Shown: positions 1-7,856 of the stretch, piece by piece
Numbering within the stretch: position 1 is the first letter of the stretch
Layout of the letters: each line of letters starts with the position of its first letter
From: a virus
Lineage: Duplodnaviria; Heunggongvirae; Uroviricota; Caudoviricetes
IMG/VR virus record: IMGVR_UViG_3300021387_000529
Span: 154,811-218,810 of that record
Reading direction: 5' to 3' (one strand)
Length of the DNA stretch: 64,000 nt
Notes under the pieces: generated by a model
What the model saw: the letters and a program-made list of their open reading frames with translations, nothing else
Databases searched by the model: none
What the model was told of the DNA's origin: nothing
Made by a program: the position numbers and the translations under genes

Positions 1-2
1 TT

Positions 3-1151
3 GATGGAAACATTATTGACCCAGTTGGTGGTGTCGAAGACATCAATAACAAAACTCTGCGTTTTGTTGGTGACATGAATGAACGTTTGGATGAAGACCC
101 ACTGCGTTTGTTCAGAGCAATTCGCTTCATGTCTAAGACTGGTTTTACGCCTTCATTCAGTGCAATGGACTTAGACTTTGCTGCTTGTCGCTTGTTAGAC
201 ACTAACCGCTTTGAAGAAGTTTCAAAAGAGCGTATGCTGAAAGAAGTTGAAGGTATTTTTGGTGGAAAACATTTCGACTTCGTTTTCGAAGAGTTTTTCT
301 GGGCGTCGCAGATTGACACTTTGATTGGTATGCGTCCAATTATCGACAGTTTGATGACATGTAATCAGTCATTCAAATGGCATGCTGAAGGCGCATGGAT
401 TGAACGAAAAGATGGAACTGGAGTTTGTGTTGAAAAGCCTGAAGATTTGAAAGACTTTGCAAAGCTGGTTTCGCATGGAAACGCTTGGGACCATACGTCT
501 TTTGTTATGGAAAGAATGTTCAATCTTCTGAATGAAGCTGGAATTGAGGACACTCATAAACGCTTCTTGATGATGATGGCTGCTTTCTGCCATGATATTG
601 GTAAACCAATTGCTGCGAAGAAAGGTGAAGTTAAACATAACACTTTGGAATTCAATGGCGTTACAATTGTTGAGGACATTCCTCGGGTTGTTACGCATGA
701 CATTGATGGTGAAATTCCTGCTTTTGAGTTCTGCAAACAGTTAGGAATGACTAACAAAGATTGTGACTTCATTTCACAGATGACATTGAAACACATGCGT
801 GCACACCGCATTTCAGAAATGAAAAGTAAGGCACGTATTTGGAAGTTTGTTCAGTGGAAACATTTTGATGAGCTGTGTCTTTTGGCTCAGGCTGATGAAG
901 AAGCTTGTGTTAAGACTTTTAATGATGAATGGGAAGGTATTATGGCTGCTGTTCGTAAACCAGACATCTGGAAATTACACGAAACTCCATTACCTACTCC
1001 AATCATCAACGGTAAAGTTTTGATTGAAAAAGGTTTCAAGCCTGGCCCAAAGTTTAAGAAAGCAATTGACCATGCTTTCGAGATGCAGATTGATAAAAAC
1101 TGCACAGATGCAGATACTTTAATCAAAAAGTTTATCAAAGACATGCTGTAA
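3..1151 (+). CDS. cca: CCA-adding tRNA nucleotidyltransferase / poly(A) polymerase family with HD domain (5'-truncated by window edge)
   Basis: Frame is open upstream of the ATG at 75 (DGNIIDPVGGVEDINNKTLRFVG). Contains EDPLRLFRAIRF, VSKER, Q..WHAEG...HT, FCHDIGKP and C-terminal INGKVLIEKGFKPGPKF, all typical of class II CCA enzymes with an HD domain. Confidence 0.9.
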   Translation, partial: DGNIIDPVGGVEDINNKTLRFVGDMNERLDEDPLRLFRAIRFMSKTGFTPSFSAMDLDFAACRLLDTNRFEEVSKERMLKEVEGIFGGKHFDFVFEEFFWASQIDTLIGMRPIIDSLMTCNQSFKWHAEGAWIERKDGTGVCVEKPEDLKDFAKLVSHGNAWDHTSFVMERMFNLLNEAGIEDTHKRFLMMMAAFCHDIGKPIAAKKGEVKHNTLEFNGVTIVEDIPRVVTHDIDGEIPAFEFCKQLGMTNKDCDFISQMTLKHMRAHRISEMKSKARIWKFVQWKHFDELCLLAQADEEACVKTFNDEWEGIMAAVRKPDIWKLHETPLPTPIINGKVLIEKGFKPGPKFKKAIDHAFEMQIDKNCTDADTLIKKFIKDML

Positions 1152-1186
1152 AAAAATAAGGGGAGCAAACGCTCCCCCTTTTTATT
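1152..1186. terminator. Bidirectional intrinsic terminator
   Basis: GGGGAGC-aaac-GCTCCCC stem flanked by A- and T-tracts between convergent genes. Confidence 0.8.
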
Positions 1187-1187
1187 T

Positions 1188-1655
1188 TTATGCCAAATAA
1201 TTTGGACAAATGCTAATTGCAAATTCTGTAAAACTTTCAGCATAGTTTTCAATGTCTGTGACACCTTCTTTTCTTAGGTCGTCATCAATTCCACTGTCAG
1301 ATAAGCAGCCACTTCTGAAGTCATCAACTGCTTCTTGGAATGAGCTATATGGTGTAGCATCACCTGAAAACCACATGTCAAGCTGATAGAAGTTTCCAAA
1401 CTTATCATAAATAGTCTCATTATCACCGTCTTTTGTATGAAAGCCATAGCCGTCTTCGACGTCTTCTTTCAAATTTGTAGACTCACAAAGTTTGCTAAAA
1501 GCCTTCTCAAAAGCCATACGTGTCATTTTAGGTGAAAAGTCTTTCATAAAAGATTTGACTACACTTTCAGCCCTAAACTGTGCTGCCTGATAGTCGGCCT
1601 CTATGTCTTCTTTTAAGTTTTTTCCGCCAACAATAGCTTCAAAAAGTTTTCCCAT
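1188..1655 (-). CDS. Hypothetical acidic late protein (possible internal head protein)
   Basis: 155 aa, RBS ggag, upstream AACTAATT motif at 1695-1702, repeated NLKED motifs. Confidence 0.6.
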   Translation of the reverse strand: MGKLFEAIVGGKNLKEDIEADYQAAQFRAESVVKSFMKDFSPKMTRMAFEKAFSKLCESTNLKEDVEDGYGFHTKDGDNETIYDKFGNFYQLDMWFSGDATPYSSFQEAVDDFRSGCLSDSGIDDDLRKEGVTDIENYAESFTEFAISICPNYLA

Positions 1656-1722
1656 ATTGTAAATTCTCCTATAAAAATATTAATCTATAAAATAAATTAG
1701 TTTGATAAAAGAGGTTTTATAT

Positions 1723-2013
1723 ATGGCAAAATCATATTTGAAAGAGTTTGTTTATGACAGTAAAGATGGCGAAAGCAACAGAGCGCTTTTTGTTATGCGT
1801 GAAAATGACACTGCTTTCGATGGTTTTGAAACGACATATTTGGAGCCTGAAGAAACAGAGAAATTGAAAGAATATTTCGCTGAGCATGAAATAAAAGAAA
1901 CATTTGAAAAGACAGAAAATTTTACAAAAGAAGGCGATGACAATAATTTCAATCCTGCTTGGATGAAAGCTTGGCGCCGCTATAATAAGTCTAAAATAAT
2001 TGTGAAGGACTGA
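1723..2013 (+). CDS. Hypothetical phage protein (start revised from 1702)
   Basis: RBS gagg directly before the ATG at 1723. Terminator follows. Confidence 0.65.
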   Translation: MAKSYLKEFVYDSKDGESNRALFVMRENDTAFDGFETTYLEPEETEKLKEYFAEHEIKETFEKTENFTKEGDDNNFNPAWMKAWRRYNKSKIIVKD

Positions 2014-2036
2014 CCTTCATATTTGTGCCTCCCTTT

Positions 2037-2066
2037 GGGAACTCTTTCGAGAGTTCCCTTTTTTAT
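2037..2066. terminator. Intrinsic terminator
   Basis: GGGAACTCT-ttcg-AGAGTTCCC followed by a T-tract. Confidence 0.85.
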
Positions 2067-2068
2067 TT

Positions 2069-3382
2069 TTAGTTAACTTCTGCAAAGCATCTTATGAGGT
2101 ACGAGCCAGCTCCGTCATGTTGTCCATCAATATATAATTTTACGATCTTATTAGAAGGCAGCATATAATATTCAACATAATAGAAAGAGTCACCTGCAGC
2201 AGTATTTTCATTTCCAAAAACATCAAAATTTGCTTCACCATCGTTTAATGGAACCATATTACAAGTTTTCTTTAGATATGTCAATCCTGTTTTTGTTTTT
2301 AATGGTGTTATAGCCATTTGTAAGTCTTCACATTTGAAAACAAAACTATCTGAGCCATCAAGCGCAACAGTATTCAAAATGTTGTTAACCAAGTAGTCAA
2401 CATAGTCTTTTGAAGAGTTCGTATCGCCATTTTGTAAGAAGTTGGTTTTTTGAGTATACCAATCATTGAATTGGTATTGCTCAACTCCATTCACATTTAC
2501 TGTTTTTGTAAAGAAAACATTTGTGATATTATTTACCCAAGAGTCATTTTGAATAGTTGTTCCATTTTTAAACATTCTACACCAGTGTAGTTCTACAAAA
2601 GAAGCATCTGCTGGGTCGTCATGGTCGAATGGATTAATTCCAATTGGTTGTGTGATTGCATTTATTCTTTGAGTAACTACATCCATGAATTGTCCGATAG
2701 CATCATTTTGGTCATGAGTTTGAAGCATTCCAACATAACCTTTGTGCGTAACAACCATTGCGCGTTCTTTATCAGACTTATTAGCATAATTTACATATGC
2801 CATATCGCCATCGCGTGTCATACGAACTATTGTTGAGCCATTACTAGCAAGAATATCAATTGGGTACCATGTATTGCGTCCAATTTCTTCGTCTGGATAA
2901 AACTCAATAGCCTCTAGCAACCATCGTGGGCTTCCATCAATTATAGCACTTTTAAGAACAAACTTAATATCATGTACTGGCGACATTTTTCCTTCAGCAT
3001 AAACTGCTCTCAAAATGATATATGCATTATCCCCATCTTGTTTGGTTATAATTCTGAACTGTCCAAGTGTTGGCCCAATCCATGGAAAAAAGTCTATCTT
3101 TTGTTGTCCATACGCAACAGCTTTAACTGAAGATGTTCCTTCAAGTACATCAGTCAAAGATACAAGTTTGCGAACGCCTTCTTTATATGATTGCGATGTA
3201 TATGCATCAACATGAGGACGAATTGTAATTTCATTATATTTTTTTGGGTTATGAGTTGCGCGTCTTCCTGAAATTGGAGCAATAGACTGGTCAGTTACAA
3301 AATAACCTCTATGATTTTTTCCAATAAAAAGCTCATGTTCTTCAACTACAAACTCGTTTAATTTTTTTACAAGTTTTTCCAT
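2069..3382 (-). CDS. Hypothetical protein, probably virion/tail-associated
   Basis: 437 aa beta-rich ORF coupled to 3384..3902 downstream of a late-type motif. No family recognised. Confidence 0.55.
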   Translation of the reverse strand: MEKLVKKLNEFVVEEHELFIGKNHRGYFVTDQSIAPISGRRATHNPKKYNEITIRPHVDAYTSQSYKEGVRKLVSLTDVLEGTSSVKAVAYGQQKIDFFPWIGPTLGQFRIITKQDGDNAYIILRAVYAEGKMSPVHDIKFVLKSAIIDGSPRWLLEAIEFYPDEEIGRNTWYPIDILASNGSTIVRMTRDGDMAYVNYANKSDKERAMVVTHKGYVGMLQTHDQNDAIGQFMDVVTQRINAITQPIGINPFDHDDPADASFVELHWCRMFKNGTTIQNDSWVNNITNVFFTKTVNVNGVEQYQFNDWYTQKTNFLQNGDTNSSKDYVDYLVNNILNTVALDGSDSFVFKCEDLQMAITPLKTKTGLTYLKKTCNMVPLNDGEANFDVFGNENTAAGDSFYYVEYYMLPSNKIVKLYIDGQHDGAGSYLIRCFAEVN

Positions 3383-3383
3383 C

Positions 3384-3902
3384 TTACAAGCTCATCTCCT
3401 CTTCTGATGAGAATACGAGATTCTCTACTACTACAACTGTGTTTTTATCGCCAGTAGACTTATAAAGTCCAAGTTTAATTGCATACGTATTTGAAAAATG
3501 AATAACAAACTCATTATATGTATTTGCTGTTTTCAAAGACACAACTTTATTTTCTGTATCACGAGTAAATGAACCTTTGATTGCCATTACTGAGATTACT
3601 TCACCTGCAGAATATGGAATGTCTACATATGAAACTTTATATCCATCTCTTCGCAATATCAATTTTTTGTCATCAAAAAGCGCAATTTCTTCAAGAATAG
3701 TCTCACCTGTTTCGTCGCCTGTAAAAGCATATTTACGAACCTCTTCTTCTTCAAGAGGCTGTTGAGAATAGTCATTTAAAAGCACGAGGTTGTCACCAAT
3801 ACGAATAAAGAGTTTTCTATTATCATCTGAAATTCCCATTTGGTGGTTGTCCAAATCTTCTATTTTTGGGTCATTTTTTCCGTGTTTTAGAATATGTTTC
3901 AT
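3384..3902 (-). CDS. Tail-fibre-like protein with N-terminal attachment motif
   Basis: N-terminus ILKHGKNDPKIEDLDNHQMG has the same spacing as IQRHGNTKPTADDLEVFQFG in 34571..35725. AACTAAAT motif upstream at 3926-3933. Confidence 0.5.
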   Translation of the reverse strand: MKHILKHGKNDPKIEDLDNHQMGISDDNRKLFIRIGDNLVLLNDYSQQPLEEEEVRKYAFTGDETGETILEEIALFDDKKLILRRDGYKVSYVDIPYSAGEVISVMAIKGSFTRDTENKVVSLKTANTYNEFVIHFSNTYAIKLGLYKSTGDKNTVVVVENLVFSSEEEMSL

Positions 3903-3938
3903 GCTAGTTTCTCCAATATATGATAATTTAGTTGCCCA

Positions 3939-6269
3939 TTATTGCCAGATGCCACCATCTAGTTTTCCTGACATTGTGAATTGTTTTGTCAATCTCATTA
4001 TGTCTTCTGGTGATTTATCTAAATTGTCTTCTTTATAAAACTTTTTAGTGGCAATAAACTCAGATGGATATAGTGAAGTCAAATATAATGAGCCAACGAT
4101 TGCGTCTGTAGCATCTTTTGCATTTATACCAGCTGTGCAGCTTTCCCAAGTTCCATCTTCCCAATCATAATTCAATGGTCCTTCAAAGTGGTCAATTTTT
4201 ACAGAGCCTGTACGTACACGTCGTACTTCATGCAAAGACTTCATGTTATTCTTTACAAAAATGTTCTTTCCACAATTGTAGCGTCCATGTGTAACTAAGT
4301 CATAGAAATTGTAATAAGGCTCATTATTCGTATCGACTGAAACATAATCAACTGCAATTCCATCACGTTTCAAATATTGTCGAGCAGCATCAGACTGCCA
4401 ACCATCAAATGAAACATGCCGCAAATTAATATTTCCAAGATATTTCAGGTCATGAATAAAATATTTAACAGCGTCCATGTTGATATGTCCGCCTTTTGGA
4501 ACAAGCACAATTGTAAAGTCTGTTACATAGACTGGGAGTGGTCTTCCAGTATGCTCGTCTATTCTTTGTGGGTCCAATTCAACATGCGACATTGCAATAC
4601 CAGTACAGTCTTTTGCTTTTGACAAGTCGACAGAAACTGTTCGTGGCAAGTCGGGCTCATAATAAAACTTGTATTTGTTAATCAATTTCTGGAAGAAACG
4701 CGGCCAAATCTGATTCCATATCAAATGTTCTGGCTCTTCATTTGCGAGAGCCACGATTGCTCCATATTGATTTTTTAAGCCATTATTAAAGCATTCTTCA
4801 ATCCAGTCATCACGATAGAATAAACGGTCTGGCGTACCAGCTGGCAAACCAGCCCAGTCTTTCATAAATTCAATTGGGTTGTCTTTTGCTTTCTGTAAGA
4901 AGTTGGCCGTACCATTCTTAGTGTATTGCTTTTTAGGACACCAAATCAAATCTGCTGGATTATACTGTGAAGCTTCTGCTGGATTTTCACATGCAACAGG
5001 TGGCTTACCATTACCACCTTTGTATAGCTGAAATGCAACATCATAATTATTTCTGACTTTTACGACTTTTTGCTCAAGTGTTCCTTTATTTTCAATATCA
5101 CAATAGTCTGGGAACTCTTCTGGATATAATTCCCAACGAGCGCCTTTCCAAATAAATGACTCTTCCAATTTTGGAGCATCATACGTCATATAATTCTGGA
5201 TTGGGTCTTCAAGTGTTGATGGAGAAGAGTCAAGTATCATACGTGCGAGATAAGCATTCTGGAAACGGTTTGAAATACGTTCTTTTAATTTTGAGAAAAA
5301 GTTGAAGATTTTTTGTTCAGTCCAACCTTTACCAGCTTCCAAGAAGAATGTAATCTCAGTCATACAACCAAACAAAATGTTAACACCTAACAAAGAGTTG
5401 GCACTTGAAATTACTTTCCATTGAAGGTTGTTTCCAGTATTGAATACAGATACTTGATTTCCGTTTTTCCAAGGAATATACTCAACTTCGTCACATTCTT
5501 GTAAATGCTTTTCCTCTTCCATCATTTCTGAGTGCGTACGGCATTGTTTCCAGAAGTCGGCACTTTCTATGAGCTGACGAATTGGCTCTTCATAAATTTC
5601 CTTTGCTTTTGTGATAGTAACAGCACAAAGTGTAATAGCAAAAATCGTAGTCTTTGCTTTTGAGAAGAACTTCCAAGGGTCGCGCATCAAAGCATATAAA
5701 CATGCAACATAAAGAAGTGACATCATAGTGAACGTAGATTTTCCTGCACCAATCGATGGGTTCAAATATGCATTTCTATATGGTTTAATTGGGTCAAAAA
5801 ATTCAAGGAAGTTTTTCTTTACTGGAAGGAATAAGTTGTCAGCCATCGCACCAATATATTTATTTGTTAAAAATTCTTCTGGTGTAGGTGGTTTAGTTTT
5901 ATACACAAGTTTCCATGGTTGAGAAACTAAAAGTGCTTGTAAGTCTTCATCAAAATTATTGTTTTGGATCCATTCAATAGCTGTTTTAATTTGTTTGAAA
6001 TTAAGATAGGAATAACGCTCATCTTTTGCAGCAGCTTGGTCACCTGATAGAATGTCTTTTATGATGTATTTTAATTCATTCACCTGACGAGGATTTTTGA
6101 ATTCCATTGCAGCCATTTCATTGTCAGAAGGTGAATGTGTATAGTCAAAATTATCTGGCATCAAAGCAGAATTTATTGTGTTAGCTGTCATTGCAGCTTG
6201 TTCAACAACCAAGTCATCTGGTGTCAATATCCTGCCTGGAGTGCCATTTGGTAAAATGATTTTCTCCAT
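3939..6269 (-). CDS. terL: Terminase large subunit
   Basis: Walker A PSIGAGKST, Walker B-like MTEITFF, nuclease motifs SVDLSKAKDCTGIAM, FDGWQS and KDATDAIVG. AACTAATT promoter motif upstream. Confidence 0.85.
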   Translation of the reverse strand: MEKIILPNGTPGRILTPDDLVVEQAAMTANTINSALMPDNFDYTHSPSDNEMAAMEFKNPRQVNELKYIIKDILSGDQAAAKDERYSYLNFKQIKTAIEWIQNNNFDEDLQALLVSQPWKLVYKTKPPTPEEFLTNKYIGAMADNLFLPVKKNFLEFFDPIKPYRNAYLNPSIGAGKSTFTMMSLLYVACLYALMRDPWKFFSKAKTTIFAITLCAVTITKAKEIYEEPIRQLIESADFWKQCRTHSEMMEEEKHLQECDEVEYIPWKNGNQVSVFNTGNNLQWKVISSANSLLGVNILFGCMTEITFFLEAGKGWTEQKIFNFFSKLKERISNRFQNAYLARMILDSSPSTLEDPIQNYMTYDAPKLEESFIWKGARWELYPEEFPDYCDIENKGTLEQKVVKVRNNYDVAFQLYKGGNGKPPVACENPAEASQYNPADLIWCPKKQYTKNGTANFLQKAKDNPIEFMKDWAGLPAGTPDRLFYRDDWIEECFNNGLKNQYGAIVALANEEPEHLIWNQIWPRFFQKLINKYKFYYEPDLPRTVSVDLSKAKDCTGIAMSHVELDPQRIDEHTGRPLPVYVTDFTIVLVPKGGHINMDAVKYFIHDLKYLGNINLRHVSFDGWQSDAARQYLKRDGIAVDYVSVDTNNEPYYNFYDLVTHGRYNCGKNIFVKNNMKSLHEVRRVRTGSVKIDHFEGPLNYDWEDGTWESCTAGINAKDATDAIVGSLYLTSLYPSEFIATKKFYKEDNLDKSPEDIMRLTKQFTMSGKLDGGIWQ

Positions 6270-6278
6270 ATATAGAGA

Positions 6279-6286
6279 AATTAGTT
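6279..6286 (-). promoter_or_regulatory. Late-type promoter motif AACTAATT (terminase)
   Basis: 9 nt upstream of the terL ATG. One of more than 20 CTAA(T/A/C)T copies. Confidence 0.6.
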
Positions 6287-6300
6287 GAAAAATAGACTAA

Positions 6301-6873
6301 CTATTTTTTCATTTGTCGTCTTCGTGTGCCATATTGATGTTTCTTCAATAAAACTCTTTGATTAGATGAACCACGAAGCAAAAGTGAAGTGTCACGCAAT
6401 TCTTCTTTATATGGTCCATCAATGAGAACATCAATCTTTTTCAAAATTTTTGAAATGCATCGTGGATAACTTTCGTTATCTGTATTAAATGCACTTTTAA
6501 ATCCTGTAAATTTTGATGCTTCTTTTTTAAGATACTCAATTGTGTAGCCTGTCCAAAGATAGATTTTAATTTTGTTACCAAAAACTTGCCTAATTCTGTT
6601 GATAACATGCATCACATTCGCAATATTCTTTGGGTCAAGTGGCTCACCACCGAGAATAGAAAAATTACGAAGCATTCCGTTCGCTTGAATTGCATCAATC
6701 AACTTATCCATCACATCTTTTCGTGGAACAAATTGTCCATATTCATAATCCCATAAGTCTTTGTTCTGACAATTAAAACAATGGTGTGAACAACCACTTA
6801 CCCACAGAGAAACGCATACGCCTTCATCACAGTCAACTACATCGTTTTCCATAATGCCAGCAATATGCATCAT
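6301..6873 (-). CDS. nrdG: Anaerobic ribonucleotide reductase activating enzyme (start revised from 6930)
   Basis: MHIAGIMENDVV..GVCVSLWVSGCSHHCFNC (CxxxCxxC), ILGGEPL, WTGYT, DVLIDGPY, LRGSSNQR. Confidence 0.95.
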   Translation of the reverse strand: MMHIAGIMENDVVDCDEGVCVSLWVSGCSHHCFNCQNKDLWDYEYGQFVPRKDVMDKLIDAIQANGMLRNFSILGGEPLDPKNIANVMHVINRIRQVFGNKIKIYLWTGYTIEYLKKEASKFTGFKSAFNTDNESYPRCISKILKKIDVLIDGPYKEELRDTSLLLRGSSNQRVLLKKHQYGTRRRQMKK

Positions 6874-6881
6874 TCTTTCAA

Positions 6882-7220
6882 CTACCATACAATGCCTCCA
6901 AAGTTGTCTTCTGTAGGAAACTGCGGCCATGGGACTTCAGGTTCTTCTTCGATTATTGGCTCAGGTAATGTCTCTTTTTCTTGATATTTATTATCGTCAT
7001 ATGAAATATGGTCAAAACATACTCTGAGTTTTGTTTTTCCATTAGCAATATCTTGCTCTATAGACTCAGTTAGAGCGCCATCTATATGCAAGTCAAATTT
7101 AGCCTTTTCAGAGTTAGCTACACCACCACATAATTGAGAATTACGTAGTTTCTCATATATTTTCTTGATAAATGGCATATTGAAGTCATAATTGTCAATA
7201 GATAATTCAAGTTCCATCAT
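6882..7220 (-). CDS. Hypothetical protein
   Basis: 112 aa acidic ORF in the nrdD-nrdG cluster. Confidence 0.55.
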   Translation of the reverse strand: MMELELSIDNYDFNMPFIKKIYEKLRNSQLCGGVANSEKAKFDLHIDGALTESIEQDIANGKTKLRVCFDHISYDDNKYQEKETLPEPIIEEEPEVPWPQFPTEDNFGGIVW

Positions 7221-7231
7221 TAAATATAAGA

Positions 7232-7795
7232 TTAATTTTTCTTTCTATTTCTCTCAAAAATAGAGTCAAACTCACCGACATTTGAGAAATAATTAATCAA
7301 AGTATTTGATAAAACATTACGTAATTGTCCGCTAATTTGAAATCTCTTTTCTTGGTCATCCAAAACTTTTTCGCCATCATGTGCCTGTAAAACCTCATAA
7401 TAGCTGACAACATCTACTAAAAATTCTGTTATGTCAACTAAGTCCATGTCATCAATGCCATTTGAGTAGTGGTCTGGATGATGCTTATTTTGAGTATAAT
7501 GATGGACGAAAAACTTTTTCCATCTGTTCATTTTTTCATAATATTCTTTTGTTCCATACTGACAGCGTGGCTCTTTATCCATTTCAATAAGCCATTCAAT
7601 TTCTGGAAACTGTAGTTTTGAATTGTCATGCTCTTCTGCTCTTTTTCTCAATTCTTCTGACAAAAACAATAATTTATCTCTAACAGACTTCTTATGCTTT
7701 AGTATAGTATCAATAGTCTTTCCAGCAGAATCATCTACAATGATACGTTCTTTATCTGCATCATATCCATCTATGATTAAACCTCTGTTATCCAT
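7232..7795 (-). CDS. HD-superfamily-like protein (DUF5662-like); start revised to ATG 7795
   Basis: RAEEHDNSKL, HHYTQNKHHPDHYSNGIDDMDLVDITEFLVD: the His/Asp metal-binding pattern of DUF5662-type proteins. Confidence 0.65.
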   Translation of the reverse strand: MDNRGLIIDGYDADKERIIVDDSAGKTIDTILKHKKSVRDKLLFLSEELRKRAEEHDNSKLQFPEIEWLIEMDKEPRCQYGTKEYYEKMNRWKKFFVHHYTQNKHHPDHYSNGIDDMDLVDITEFLVDVVSYYEVLQAHDGEKVLDDQEKRFQISGQLRNVLSNTLINYFSNVGEFDSIFERNRKKN

Positions 7796-7820
7796 AATAA
7801 TAATTAGCACACAAAGATTT

Positions 7821-7856
7821 AAAAAATTATGGGGGACGGATGTCCCCCATTTTTTA
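7821..7856. terminator. Intrinsic terminator downstream of nrdD
   Basis: ATGGGGGAC-ggat-GTCCCCCAT flanked by A- and T-tracts. Confidence 0.75.

Noticed and set aside
6874-6930. Longer N-termini proposed by the ORF track (also 1702, 7810, 15934, 25267, 45601, 60090, 61982, 62421)
   Set aside because: Family alignment, RBS or promoter position supports the downstream starts. The extensions run through terminators, promoters or neighbouring genes.
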